Assembly (NCBI GenBank): GCA_903915075.1 | Contig: CAIWRM010000190.1 | Coordinates: forward strand, 1 to 44,235 | Length of the DNA stretch: 44,235 nt | Direction of reading: 5' to 3' | Source: an uncultured Microbacteriaceae bacterium | GTDB lineage: Bacteria > Actinomycetota > Actinomycetes > Actinomycetales > Microbacteriaceae | In this document: positions 28,894 through 36,436 of the stretch, piece after piece | Layout of the letters: every line of letters starts with the position of its first letter | How positions within the stretch are numbered: position 1 is the stretch's first letter | Notes under the pieces: generated by a model | Databases searched by the model: none | The model's input: the letters and a program-made list of their open reading frames with translations, nothing else | Told to the model about the DNA's origin: nothing | Position numbers and translations under genes: made by a program

Positions 28894-30147
28894 TCAGGTG
28901 CCAGGTCGCGGGTGGGGGGATAGGGGGCGCGCAATCCGAGAGGCAGAGCCCGCACCCAGAAGGAGCAAAGCGGGGATGGCAATAGCGGTGATCAGACCAC
29001 CGGCCTGCCCGACGGCACCGAGAGCGGGGCCCACACTCAGAATCGCGGTGTTCATGAAGACGAGCAGAACGCGGGTTCTCGCGGGGGAGAGGAGGGGGTC
29101 TTCCGCTAGTGCCGAACTTACGAGGGGATAACCTAGCGACGCGCCAAGCCCCCAAAGTGTCGCACCGAGGAAGACCAAAGGCAAGACGCTCATCATCATG
29201 ACGAGAACGATGCCCAGGATGCACACGATGCTCAGCCACGTCAGTAAAACGGGGCGAGACACGCGCTCGACCACGAAACCACCGAAGAGACGACCCGCGG
29301 CCATCGCCACCGCAAAACACGTAAAACCAATGGCGCCTTCTTCGGGGGTCATCCCACCCGAGACGAGGAAAATCGGAAGCCACGTGGCAGCCGCGTACTC
29401 GGCGAGAACGAACGCCAGAGCAATTCCGGACAGGCCGAGCGTGCGCGGTTCGCGCCATACGGCACGACGCTGGGCTGCAGTGGCCACGGGGGCGAAAGCC
29501 CCAGTGTGATCGTGCGCAGGGGTGTGCAAGTTGCCGTCTTTCGGGAGGAAACGAGTTGCAATAACACCGCCAACCGCAGTGATGACGGCAATGCCGTCAA
29601 AGTCGAGCCACAGCGGAACACTGCCCGAGATGGCAAGTGCCCCAAGGGCGGAACCGATTAACAGGCCTGCGCTGTACGCGCCGTGCAACGGCGGGAGCAG
29701 GCTGCGTCGAGATGCTCGATCCACATCCGTGGCCTCAATGTTGTTGGCAAAGTTGCTCATGCCAAAAAAGATGCCCATTCCCAGGTTGCTGAAAACGGCA
29801 AACGGCAGGTTCCCGGCACTGATGGCGGCACCCGTGAGGGCAAAAAAGATTGACATTCCAATGAATGCGACCGCGAGAATGCGACGAGAACCGAACCGCA
29901 CTAAGAGGCGCGATCCAAAAATAACGCTCAGGAGTGCCCCGAAGCCCAAAACCGTGGCAAAAAGACCATACGACGCGGTAGTGAGTCCGAGCCGGTCTTC
30001 GGTCTCCGGCGTTCGGCTCACCCAGGTAGCGAAGAAAATACCGTTGAGCGCGAACGTGACGACAAGTGAAGCAAACCATCGCCTGACGCTGAGGTGGGAC
30101 GGCGCAAAGGACACATTGCCATCGTAGGGCCGGGGAGAGTGGCTCAA
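28894..30147 (-). CDS. MFS transporter (paralogue 2)
   Basis: 417 codons from TTG 30147 (an in-frame GTG 11 codons downstream is an alternative). About 12 hydrophobic segments. It is homologous to the gene at 27690-28865. Confidence 0.85.
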   Translation of the reverse strand: MSHSPRPYDGNVSFAPSHLSVRRWFASLVVTFALNGIFFATWVSRTPETEDRLGLTTASYGLFATVLGFGALLSVIFGSRLLVRFGSRRILAVAFIGMSIFFALTGAAISAGNLPFAVFSNLGMGIFFGMSNFANNIEATDVDRASRRSLLPPLHGAYSAGLLIGSALGALAISGSVPLWLDFDGIAVITAVGGVIATRFLPKDGNLHTPAHDHTGAFAPVATAAQRRAVWREPRTLGLSGIALAFVLAEYAAATWLPIFLVSGGMTPEEGAIGFTCFAVAMAAGRLFGGFVVERVSRPVLLTWLSIVCILGIVLVMMMSVLPLVFLGATLWGLGASLGYPLVSSALAEDPLLSPARTRVLLVFMNTAILSVGPALGAVGQAGGLITAIAIPALLLLGAGSASRIARPLSPHPRPGT

Positions 30148-30245
30148 CTGCCAGAAGGTGCTGGCAAAGAATAATCTGACATAATGTGCATTATCGGTGC
30201 AATCCTTGTATGTCGCGTTGGGGCCGACTGTGCGTCCCTAGACTA

Positions 30246-31691
30246 ATGAGCGTGACTGATAACGCAGTAGACACCGACCTCGCCGTGGTTGACAAAGCCC
30301 CGGAATCAGCCATCGTTATCGCGTTACGCGCGGCACTCGGCGACGTTGTGTCGACCCTGCCCGATGACCTGGCTGCCGCTCGATGGGACCGATCGGGACT
30401 CAGCGCCGCAGGAACGCCCCTGTGTGTGGTGCATGCAACGAGCGTCGACGATGTGTCGACTACGTTGCGGTTGGCAAATCAGAGTCGTGTCGCCGTCGTA
30501 CCCCGGGGCGCGGGAACCGGCGTGGTCGGCGGAAGCTTCGCCGGCACCGGTGAAATCGTGTTGAGCCTGGCGCGAATGAATCGCATCATCGAGATCAACG
30601 ACGTTGAGCGATACGCCGTGGTTGAGCCAGGAGTCATCAACGATCACCTCGACCAGGAACTGCGTAAGCATGGCCTGTGGTTTGCTCCGGATCCCGCATC
30701 ACGCGACATCTCGACCGTGGGCGGCAATATCGCCACCAACGCCGGTGGATTAATGTGTACTAAGTATGGAGTTACGCGTGAGGCCGTGCTCAGCCTGCAA
30801 GTAGTTCTTGCCAGCGGTGAGGTGATTCGCGTCGGACGCGCGACAGCAAAAGGGGTGACCGGCCTCGACCTGACAGCCCTGATGGTGGGGTCCGAAGGAA
30901 CCTTGGGCGTCGTCGTGGAGGCTACCGTGCGCGTGCATCGGCAGGTCCCCGGCTCTGTGTCAACAGTTTCGGCATACTTCCCGAGCATCCGGCAGGCAGC
31001 CCAGGCGTGTTCGGAAATCTCGGCGGCCAACCTACAGCCCATGATTATGGAAATGCTGGACGATCGTGCCGTGACCGCCGTGCACGACTACCTTGAGTTG
31101 CCGCCGGCTCCCCCGGGTTCTTCGCATGTCCTCGTGCAGACCGATGGTGTCAGTGCTCACGACGACGCGATGGCCATCGTCGCCGTCATGGAATCGTGCG
31201 GAGGAAACGCCTCCTTTGCTGCGACCGAAGAGGAAGCACACGCGCTCGTGCGCATTCGGCGGAGTCTCCACCCCGCAATGACAACGCTCGGAACGACACT
31301 CATCGAGGACGTCTGCGTACCCCGCACCAAACTTGTCGAGATGTTTGCGGCCATTTCAGCGATTGAGCAAAAGTACGACATCGTGATTCCGGTTGTCGCG
31401 CACGCCGGAGACGGCAATCTCCACCCGAGCTTCATCTTTGACACGCCCGAACCTCCCGAGGTCATCTGGCAGGCCGCGGGTGAACTCTTTCACGCAGCCC
31501 TCGATCTCGGCGGAACGCTCACCGGAGAGCACGGGGTCGGCGTGCTGAAGCGCCACTGGCTCGGTGAAGAACTGGGCGACACACAGCTCAAGCTCCAAGA
31601 GCAGATCAAGCAGGTTTTTGATCCGCACGGCATTCTTAACCCGGGCAAAGTGTTTGCGGCAAAGCCACGAGATGAGCACCCCCTCCCCTAG
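30246..31691 (+). CDS. FAD-binding oxidoreductase, GlcD / D-lactate dehydrogenase family
   Basis: PCMH-type FAD domain (VVPRGAGTGVVGGS, STVGGNIATNAGG) plus a C-terminal FAD-oxidase domain (GTLTGEHGVGVLK, DPHGILNPGK). The start is ATG 30246 or GTG 30252. The track start at 30186 adds a Cys-rich, rare-codon peptide. Confidence 0.88.
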   Translation: MSVTDNAVDTDLAVVDKAPESAIVIALRAALGDVVSTLPDDLAAARWDRSGLSAAGTPLCVVHATSVDDVSTTLRLANQSRVAVVPRGAGTGVVGGSFAGTGEIVLSLARMNRIIEINDVERYAVVEPGVINDHLDQELRKHGLWFAPDPASRDISTVGGNIATNAGGLMCTKYGVTREAVLSLQVVLASGEVIRVGRATAKGVTGLDLTALMVGSEGTLGVVVEATVRVHRQVPGSVSTVSAYFPSIRQAAQACSEISAANLQPMIMEMLDDRAVTAVHDYLELPPAPPGSSHVLVQTDGVSAHDDAMAIVAVMESCGGNASFAATEEEAHALVRIRRSLHPAMTTLGTTLIEDVCVPRTKLVEMFAAISAIEQKYDIVIPVVAHAGDGNLHPSFIFDTPEPPEVIWQAAGELFHAALDLGGTLTGEHGVGVLKRHWLGEELGDTQLKLQEQIKQVFDPHGILNPGKVFAAKPRDEHPLP

Positions 31692-31699
31692 GCTTGCAG

Positions 31700-31730
31700 C
31701 GGGGCGGCCATCGTCCCCCGACCATTTTTT
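31700..31730 (+). terminator. Possible weak intrinsic terminator after the FAD oxidase gene
   Basis: CGGGG-c-GGC / loop CATC / GTC-CCCCG hairpin, followed by ACCATTTTTT. The stem is short and has a bulge. Confidence 0.35.
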
Positions 31731-31742
31731 AAGGGAGATTGC

Positions 31743-32327
31743 ATGTCAACGCCAAACGGTGTCAACGGATTCATTTACTACGGCAACTCGGCTGAGGCGA
31801 CGAAGAAGACCGTAAAGACGGTACAAACCGGCCTCATCATCGGTGCGGTCATCACGGCCATTGTCGGCATTCTGATGCTGGTGTTCCCACAAGACTCGGC
31901 GATTCTCGCGGCAATTATCTTCGGAGTCTTCGTTCTCATTCGGGGCATCGTGCGCGTGATTGTTGGCATCGGGGGCCCCGGTCTGACCGGTCTTGGCCGG
32001 ACACTCAGCATTATCACTGGTGTGATCTTGCTTGCCGCAGGCGTCGTGATTCTGCTGAACATCACTGTCGGCGTCGAAGTTCTGGCCATCATCATCGGCA
32101 TTTCGTGGATCATCGATGGAATTGCGACCCTGATTGAGTCGTCACGTGCGGCAGCTCGTGCGTTCAGTATCGTCACCGGAATCATTTCGGTGCTCGCGGG
32201 AGTTGCCATGTTCTTCTTGGGCAGCCAGGGCGTTGCACTCATCATGATCGTGATTGGCGCTGTGGCACTCGCGCTGGCAGTTGTTCAGGTGGTTGGCGCC
32301 ATTGCCGTGGGTCGCGCTCGGAGCTAG
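31743..32327 (+). CDS. HdeD/DUF308-family membrane protein
   Basis: 194 codons with six Gly/Ile/Val-rich TM segments in a repeated DUF308-like arrangement. RBS AAGGGAG. Confidence 0.8.
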   Translation: MSTPNGVNGFIYYGNSAEATKKTVKTVQTGLIIGAVITAIVGILMLVFPQDSAILAAIIFGVFVLIRGIVRVIVGIGGPGLTGLGRTLSIITGVILLAAGVVILLNITVGVEVLAIIIGISWIIDGIATLIESSRAAARAFSIVTGIISVLAGVAMFFLGSQGVALIMIVIGAVALALAVVQVVGAIAVGRARS

Positions 32328-32342
32328 TGAGCGAGAACGTTG

Positions 32343-32376
32343 GGGCGGTCATCTGCGGATGGCCGCCCTATTTTTT
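32343..32376 (+). terminator. Rho-independent terminator of the HdeD-like gene
   Basis: 10-bp stem GGGCGGTCAT / ATGGCCGCCC (one G-U pair) with loop CTGCGG, then TATTTTTT. The 3' arm and T-tract overlap the stop codon and last Lys codons of the convergent NUDIX gene. Confidence 0.7.
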
Positions 32377-32835
32377 GTGCCGCCCGGTCAGGACGCCACT
32401 GGCCAAATCGACCAGATTGAGCGGCCCAAACGGCTCCTCCGTGACGCGAAGGTCGTCGAGCTGCCACCACCGCACATCGTGGATGTCGGAGAATTCGTCG
32501 GGCATCCAGTTGTGGTCAACAGGCTCAAAGGACTGCGTGTGCACGGCAAAGAACTCCGCATAGGTGGTCTGAACGTGTCCGTCCGAAAACCTGCTCTCGC
32601 CTGAGACGCTCCACACGGGCTCACCCACATCGGCCACACGGAGCCCGGTTTCTTCAAACAGCTCGCGAATGGCGCCCTCCACGTGTGTCTCGTGATCGTC
32701 TACTCCCCCGCCGGGAGTGATCCAACGGATAACGGGGACGGCCAGCCTGGGTGACGCTGTCTTCATGAGGAGAAGTCTCTCGTGCTCGTCGAACAGAAGC
32801 ACGCGCGAAACCCGACGGTGTGCGGGACGTGTCAC
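32368..32835 (-). CDS. NUDIX hydrolase
   Basis: Nudix box GGGVDDHETHVEGAIRELFEETGL. GTG 32835 lies 4 nt after the SDR stop. The track start at 33027 would overlap the SDR gene. Confidence 0.85.
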   Translation of the reverse strand: MTRPAHRRVSRVLLFDEHERLLLMKTASPRLAVPVIRWITPGGGVDDHETHVEGAIRELFEETGLRVADVGEPVWSVSGESRFSDGHVQTTYAEFFAVHTQSFEPVDHNWMPDEFSDIHDVRWWQLDDLRVTEEPFGPLNLVDLASGVLTGRHKK

Positions 32836-32839
32836 CGCG

Positions 32840-33601
32840 CTAGCCCGTAAAGTCGCTCGTGTCGCCAACGAGGCGCGTGTGATCGGCGGGAACCGGTTCG
32901 ATGGCCGCGAGGGCAATCTCGGCCGCAAACTCGGCCACGTTGTAGAGGCGTCCGGCAGCCTGTTTGCGCGCTTCAATCGCCCCGGGATTGACCCGATTGA
33001 GCAGAGTTGCCGTAATCGTGCCCTCAATCATGTCGCCCGACACCACGACAAACTCAATGTTCTTCGTCGCGAGTTCGTCGATCATGTCGCGAAGGGCATC
33101 CTCGCCGGCACGCTTTGACAGGGCAACGGGCTCATACTCGGGCATCGTGGGCGTCGTGCGGATGAAGTGAGCTTGGTGGCTCGTGACAAACACCACTCGA
33201 GCACCTTCTGCCAAGTGAGGAATGGCCGTGGTGAGCAGGGTGACCTGAGCATCGCGGTTGAGCCGCATGGCGTAGTTCTCTCCCATGCTGGTTTCCATTC
33301 CGCCAGAGGCGTTCATCACCAGGATGTTGAGTTTGCCGAACGCAGCTTCCGCGTCCGTGAACATGCGACGAACATCGTCGGGGTTTGTCAGATCGGCACC
33401 GACGATAATTGCCTCGCCGCCGGCAGAAACAATGCCGTCGCGAATCTTGGCGGCGCGAGCCTCTTTGTCGCGAAAGTTGATGACCACGCGAGCACCGGCT
33501 TCGGCAAAGAGCCCTACGGTGTCTGCGCCGATCCCGCGTGAGGAGCCGGTGACGAGCGCGGATTTTCCGTTGAGTGAACCCGAAGCAAGGGGGTTTGTCA
33601 T
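32840..33601 (-). CDS. SDR-family oxidoreductase with a non-canonical active-site spacing
   Basis: 253 codons from ATG 33601. It has TGSSRGIG, NASGG and VTS elements, but the segment is YEPVALSK instead of YxxxK. Confidence 0.85.
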   Translation of the reverse strand: MTNPLASGSLNGKSALVTGSSRGIGADTVGLFAEAGARVVINFRDKEARAAKIRDGIVSAGGEAIIVGADLTNPDDVRRMFTDAEAAFGKLNILVMNASGGMETSMGENYAMRLNRDAQVTLLTTAIPHLAEGARVVFVTSHQAHFIRTTPTMPEYEPVALSKRAGEDALRDMIDELATKNIEFVVVSGDMIEGTITATLLNRVNPGAIEARKQAAGRLYNVAEFAAEIALAAIEPVPADHTRLVGDTSDFTG

Positions 33602-33687
33602 GAGAGTCTCTTTCGGTGTGATGATGGCTGGAACGCTGAGCGCCGTGTCCGATAACGAGACTAGCAAGTGGCAACCGACGCACCTGC

Positions 33688-33699
33688 TACTTTGAGCGC
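33688..33699 (+). promoter_or_regulatory. Putative -10 box (TACTTT) placed for a leaderless GDPD mRNA
   Basis: TACTTT at 33688-33693 is followed by 6 nt and then ATG 33700, with no SD. Confidence 0.35.
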
Positions 33700-34467
33700 A
33701 TGAGCTCCTCGTCGGCGCCGCACCGCGCCACTCCCCTCGTTCTCTCCCACCGCGGCAACATGCCGGGTTTCGTCGAGAACACCCTCGGAGGTTTCAGAGC
33801 GGCTCTCGCGGCTGGTGCCGACGTTCTCGAGAGTGACGTTCACGTGTCCCGCGACGGCGTGCCGATGCTGTTTCACGATGAGACGCTGGAACGTCTGACG
33901 GGAGACCCTCGGCGCATCCGTGATGTTTTCAGCCATGAACTGAAAATGCTCGACTTAGGTGGCGGCGAGGGCGTGCCCACTCTTGAAGACGTCCTCGTGA
34001 CGTTTCCCACAGCGCGCTTCAACCTCGACATGAAGTCACGAGATGCCCCCCACGCCACGGCCTCTGTTCTTGCTAGGCAGAACGCCCACGACCGTGTGCT
34101 TCTCGCCTCGTTCTCCGAGAGAAATCGACGCAAGGTTCATCGGCTGATGCCCGGGGTCGTGACGAGTGTCTCGGCGAACCAGTTCGTGACGATTTTGGTT
34201 GCGACCCGCCTCGGCTTGGGCTTTCTGGTCAAGCACCTCGTGGGTCAATCGAGAGTGATGCAGATCCCGCAGCGGGCACTAGGTCTGGATGCCTCTTCCG
34301 CAACGTTCCTCGAATTAGCGCATCGGTGTGACATACGAGTCGACTATTGGGTGATCAATGAAGAAGCCGAGATGCGGCTCTTGCTCGATCGCGGAGCAGA
34401 CGGACTTGTCACCGACCGCGTGGCACTGGCGCGCGAGGTCATTGCGTCGCGCCATACTGAGAGCTAA
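33700..34467 (+). CDS. Glycerophosphodiester phosphodiesterase (GDPD family)
   Basis: 255 codons with motifs LSHRGN, LESDVHVSRDGVPMLFHD and FNLDMK. Confidence 0.88.
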   Translation: MSSSSAPHRATPLVLSHRGNMPGFVENTLGGFRAALAAGADVLESDVHVSRDGVPMLFHDETLERLTGDPRRIRDVFSHELKMLDLGGGEGVPTLEDVLVTFPTARFNLDMKSRDAPHATASVLARQNAHDRVLLASFSERNRRKVHRLMPGVVTSVSANQFVTILVATRLGLGFLVKHLVGQSRVMQIPQRALGLDASSATFLELAHRCDIRVDYWVINEEAEMRLLLDRGADGLVTDRVALAREVIASRHTES

Positions 34468-34486
34468 CTGGGAATACGTCATCTGA

Positions 34487-34514
34487 GGGAACGCATCGTG
34501 CCCTTGCGCGCGTT
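34487..34514 (+). promoter_or_regulatory. Candidate SigR/SigH-type ECF promoter upstream of rbpA
   Basis: GGGAAC at 34487-34492, then 19 nt, then GTT at 34512-34514, about 45 nt upstream of the rbpA ATG. This resembles the GGAAT-N18-GTT class. The spacing is 1 nt longer than the textbook form. Confidence 0.25.
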
Positions 34515-34557
34515 ACCTCCGGTAGACAGGAAACACAACACCTGTCGAGGAGGCATC

Positions 34558-34929
34558 ATGCGAAGTCAATCACTGCGAGGTACGAGCCTCAATAGCCGTA
34601 GCTTGGCCACCGACGAAGGAATTGTATTTTCAGAACGCAAGCAGGTCATGTATCTCTGTGGCGCGTGCCAAACGACCACCACAATGACCTTCGCAGCGGA
34701 TGCGGAGAACCCAGACTCGTGGACGTGTGCATCGTGCGGCGAAGTGGCCACGCTGGCTGAGCCCGGTGCGGCGGGGCGTCTCGCGACGGCCGCAGAAGAC
34801 GACAAGGTGGCCCGGACGCCTTTTGACATGTTGCTTGAACGACGCTCGCGTGAGGAGCTCGAAGTTATTCTGCAGGAGCGTCTGCAGTATCTGCGCGCCC
34901 GCCGCGGCCAAGAGAAGCTCGGCGCCTAA
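34558..34929 (+). CDS. rbpA: RNA polymerase-binding protein RbpA
   Basis: 123 codons from ATG 34558 (RBS GAGGAGG). The sigma-interaction region RTPFDMLLERRSREELEVILQERLQYLRARR closely resembles mycobacterial RbpA. The core contains CGAC...CASC. Confidence 0.92.
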   Translation: MRSQSLRGTSLNSRSLATDEGIVFSERKQVMYLCGACQTTTTMTFAADAENPDSWTCASCGEVATLAEPGAAGRLATAAEDDKVARTPFDMLLERRSREELEVILQERLQYLRARRGQEKLGA

Positions 34930-36436
34930 CCCGTAAGGTCACAACGCCCACGAGGGCCAAGCCCGCAATTCCCGTGGCCGCCAACAGTATTTCGATGAAT
35001 CGGCCCGCAATCATTGCCGGAGTTGCGGTTGTCGAGAGCGGCACGTCGGAATACAGGGCACCTGCGGTAAAGCGCGGTAGATCAGCGATTGTTGACCCGT
35101 CGGGTGCGATGATGGCGGACACGCCCACCGTGGAGATGTTGACCACAGTGCGACCCATCTCCATGGCACGCAGGCGTGCGATGGAGAGTTGCTGCAGGCT
35201 TTCGTCCGTCCGCCCAAAGTCGGCGTTGTTTGTCTGAGCGAAGACAACTTGGGCGCCGTTGCGGTACATATCGTAAGCCTGCTGGTCATCCGTGATGTCA
35301 AAACAGATCGACAACCCCACCGGCGTCTGGTCAATCATGACGACGTTTGAACGTGTGCCCGCCGAGTAGTCACGGGAGACCAATCCCACGAGATCCGGAG
35401 CAAGGGCGTAGAAGAAGTCTCGTGAGGGCATGTATTCGGCAAAGGGAACGGGATGGATCTTGTCGTAGTGCGCAGTCACTCCCTCCCCGGGCGTCCACAC
35501 GAGTGACGAGTTGAAGTACGTGTCGGGATCCGGGTGTGTGATTGTGCCAAACACGATGGGCGCGTCCAAGCGGACGGCCAAATCGTTGAGGACGCGGGCA
35601 GACTCCTCGTCTCTCAGCGGATCGATGTCGTTGGCGTTCTCCGGCCACACCACCACGTCGAGGGGCTTGCCCACCAGCTCTTCCGAGGCGGACAAGTGAT
35701 CGCTGAGAATCTCGCCAGGCGTGTAGTCCGAGAAGAGGCCCGCATCCGCGTTTCCTTGCACGGCACCGACTTTCATCGAGCCCGTGGTGACGATGGGGAA
35801 TGACGGAACCAAGAGCGCTACGACAGACACCACAACGGGCACTGACCACAGCCAGCGTGCGTTCGCCATGCGAATCAGGATGACAATCGTGGTGGCCAGC
35901 CAGACCAGAACAAAGCTGAGGCCGGCGGTAGAGAGCCACGGCACGAGGTGACCAAAGACGCCCTCCGCTTGAGACTGTGCCACGCGCCCCCACGAGAAAC
36001 CGCCATAGGGCCAGACAGACGCGATGCCCTCGCGAGCAACCCATAGACCAGCCACAACGAGAGGGATGAAGGCAACTTGGGCGCGAGGAGTGACCCAGAC
36101 GCGCGGACCATTGTTGAGCACAAATGCCGCCAAGACCGACCAGATGAGCATCCATAAAATCATCACGGTTGCCAACGCCAGCCACGGCACCGGACCGAGA
36201 TAGAGCGTGAGCCAGTCGATGAGAGGCAACCAGAACGCGACTCCCGATGCGACGCCCACGAGCAACGCACTCCACCATCGACGACCGGCCAAACTCCAGA
36301 CAATGAGGGCGATGCCGGGGACGGCGAGGAACCACCATCCCGGCTCAGGGTATGAGGCACTGAGCGTCAAGCCACCAATGGTGGCAACAGGGATGGCCAC
36401 ATAAAGCGGCAAGTTGCTTCGCCAGCGAGAGATCAT
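34865..36436 (-). CDS. lnt: Apolipoprotein N-acyltransferase
   Basis: 523 codons. An N-terminal multi-TM domain is followed by a CN-hydrolase domain with the E/K/C triad contexts VVWPENA, YDKIHPVPF and GLSICFD, plus a final TM segment. ATG 36436 overlaps the helY TGA. Confidence 0.92.
   Translation of the reverse strand: MISRWRSNLPLYVAIPVATIGGLTLSASYPEPGWWFLAVPGIALIVWSLAGRRWWSALLVGVASGVAFWLPLIDWLTLYLGPVPWLALATVMILWMLIWSVLAAFVLNNGPRVWVTPRAQVAFIPLVVAGLWVAREGIASVWPYGGFSWGRVAQSQAEGVFGHLVPWLSTAGLSFVLVWLATTIVILIRMANARWLWSVPVVVSVVALLVPSFPIVTTGSMKVGAVQGNADAGLFSDYTPGEILSDHLSASEELVGKPLDVVVWPENANDIDPLRDEESARVLNDLAVRLDAPIVFGTITHPDPDTYFNSSLVWTPGEGVTAHYDKIHPVPFAEYMPSRDFFYALAPDLVGLVSRDYSAGTRSNVVMIDQTPVGLSICFDITDDQQAYDMYRNGAQVVFAQTNNADFGRTDESLQQLSIARLRAMEMGRTVVNISTVGVSAIIAPDGSTIADLPRFTAGALYSDVPLSTTATPAMIAGRFIEILLAATGIAGLALVGVVTLRVRRRASLGRGGRADTADAPAE

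Noticed and set aside
34470-34475. A second ECF-like -35 element (GGGAAT) upstream of rbpA.
   Set aside because: No GTT-type -10 element lies at the required spacing of about 18 nt downstream. Only the GGGAAC at 34487 has one.
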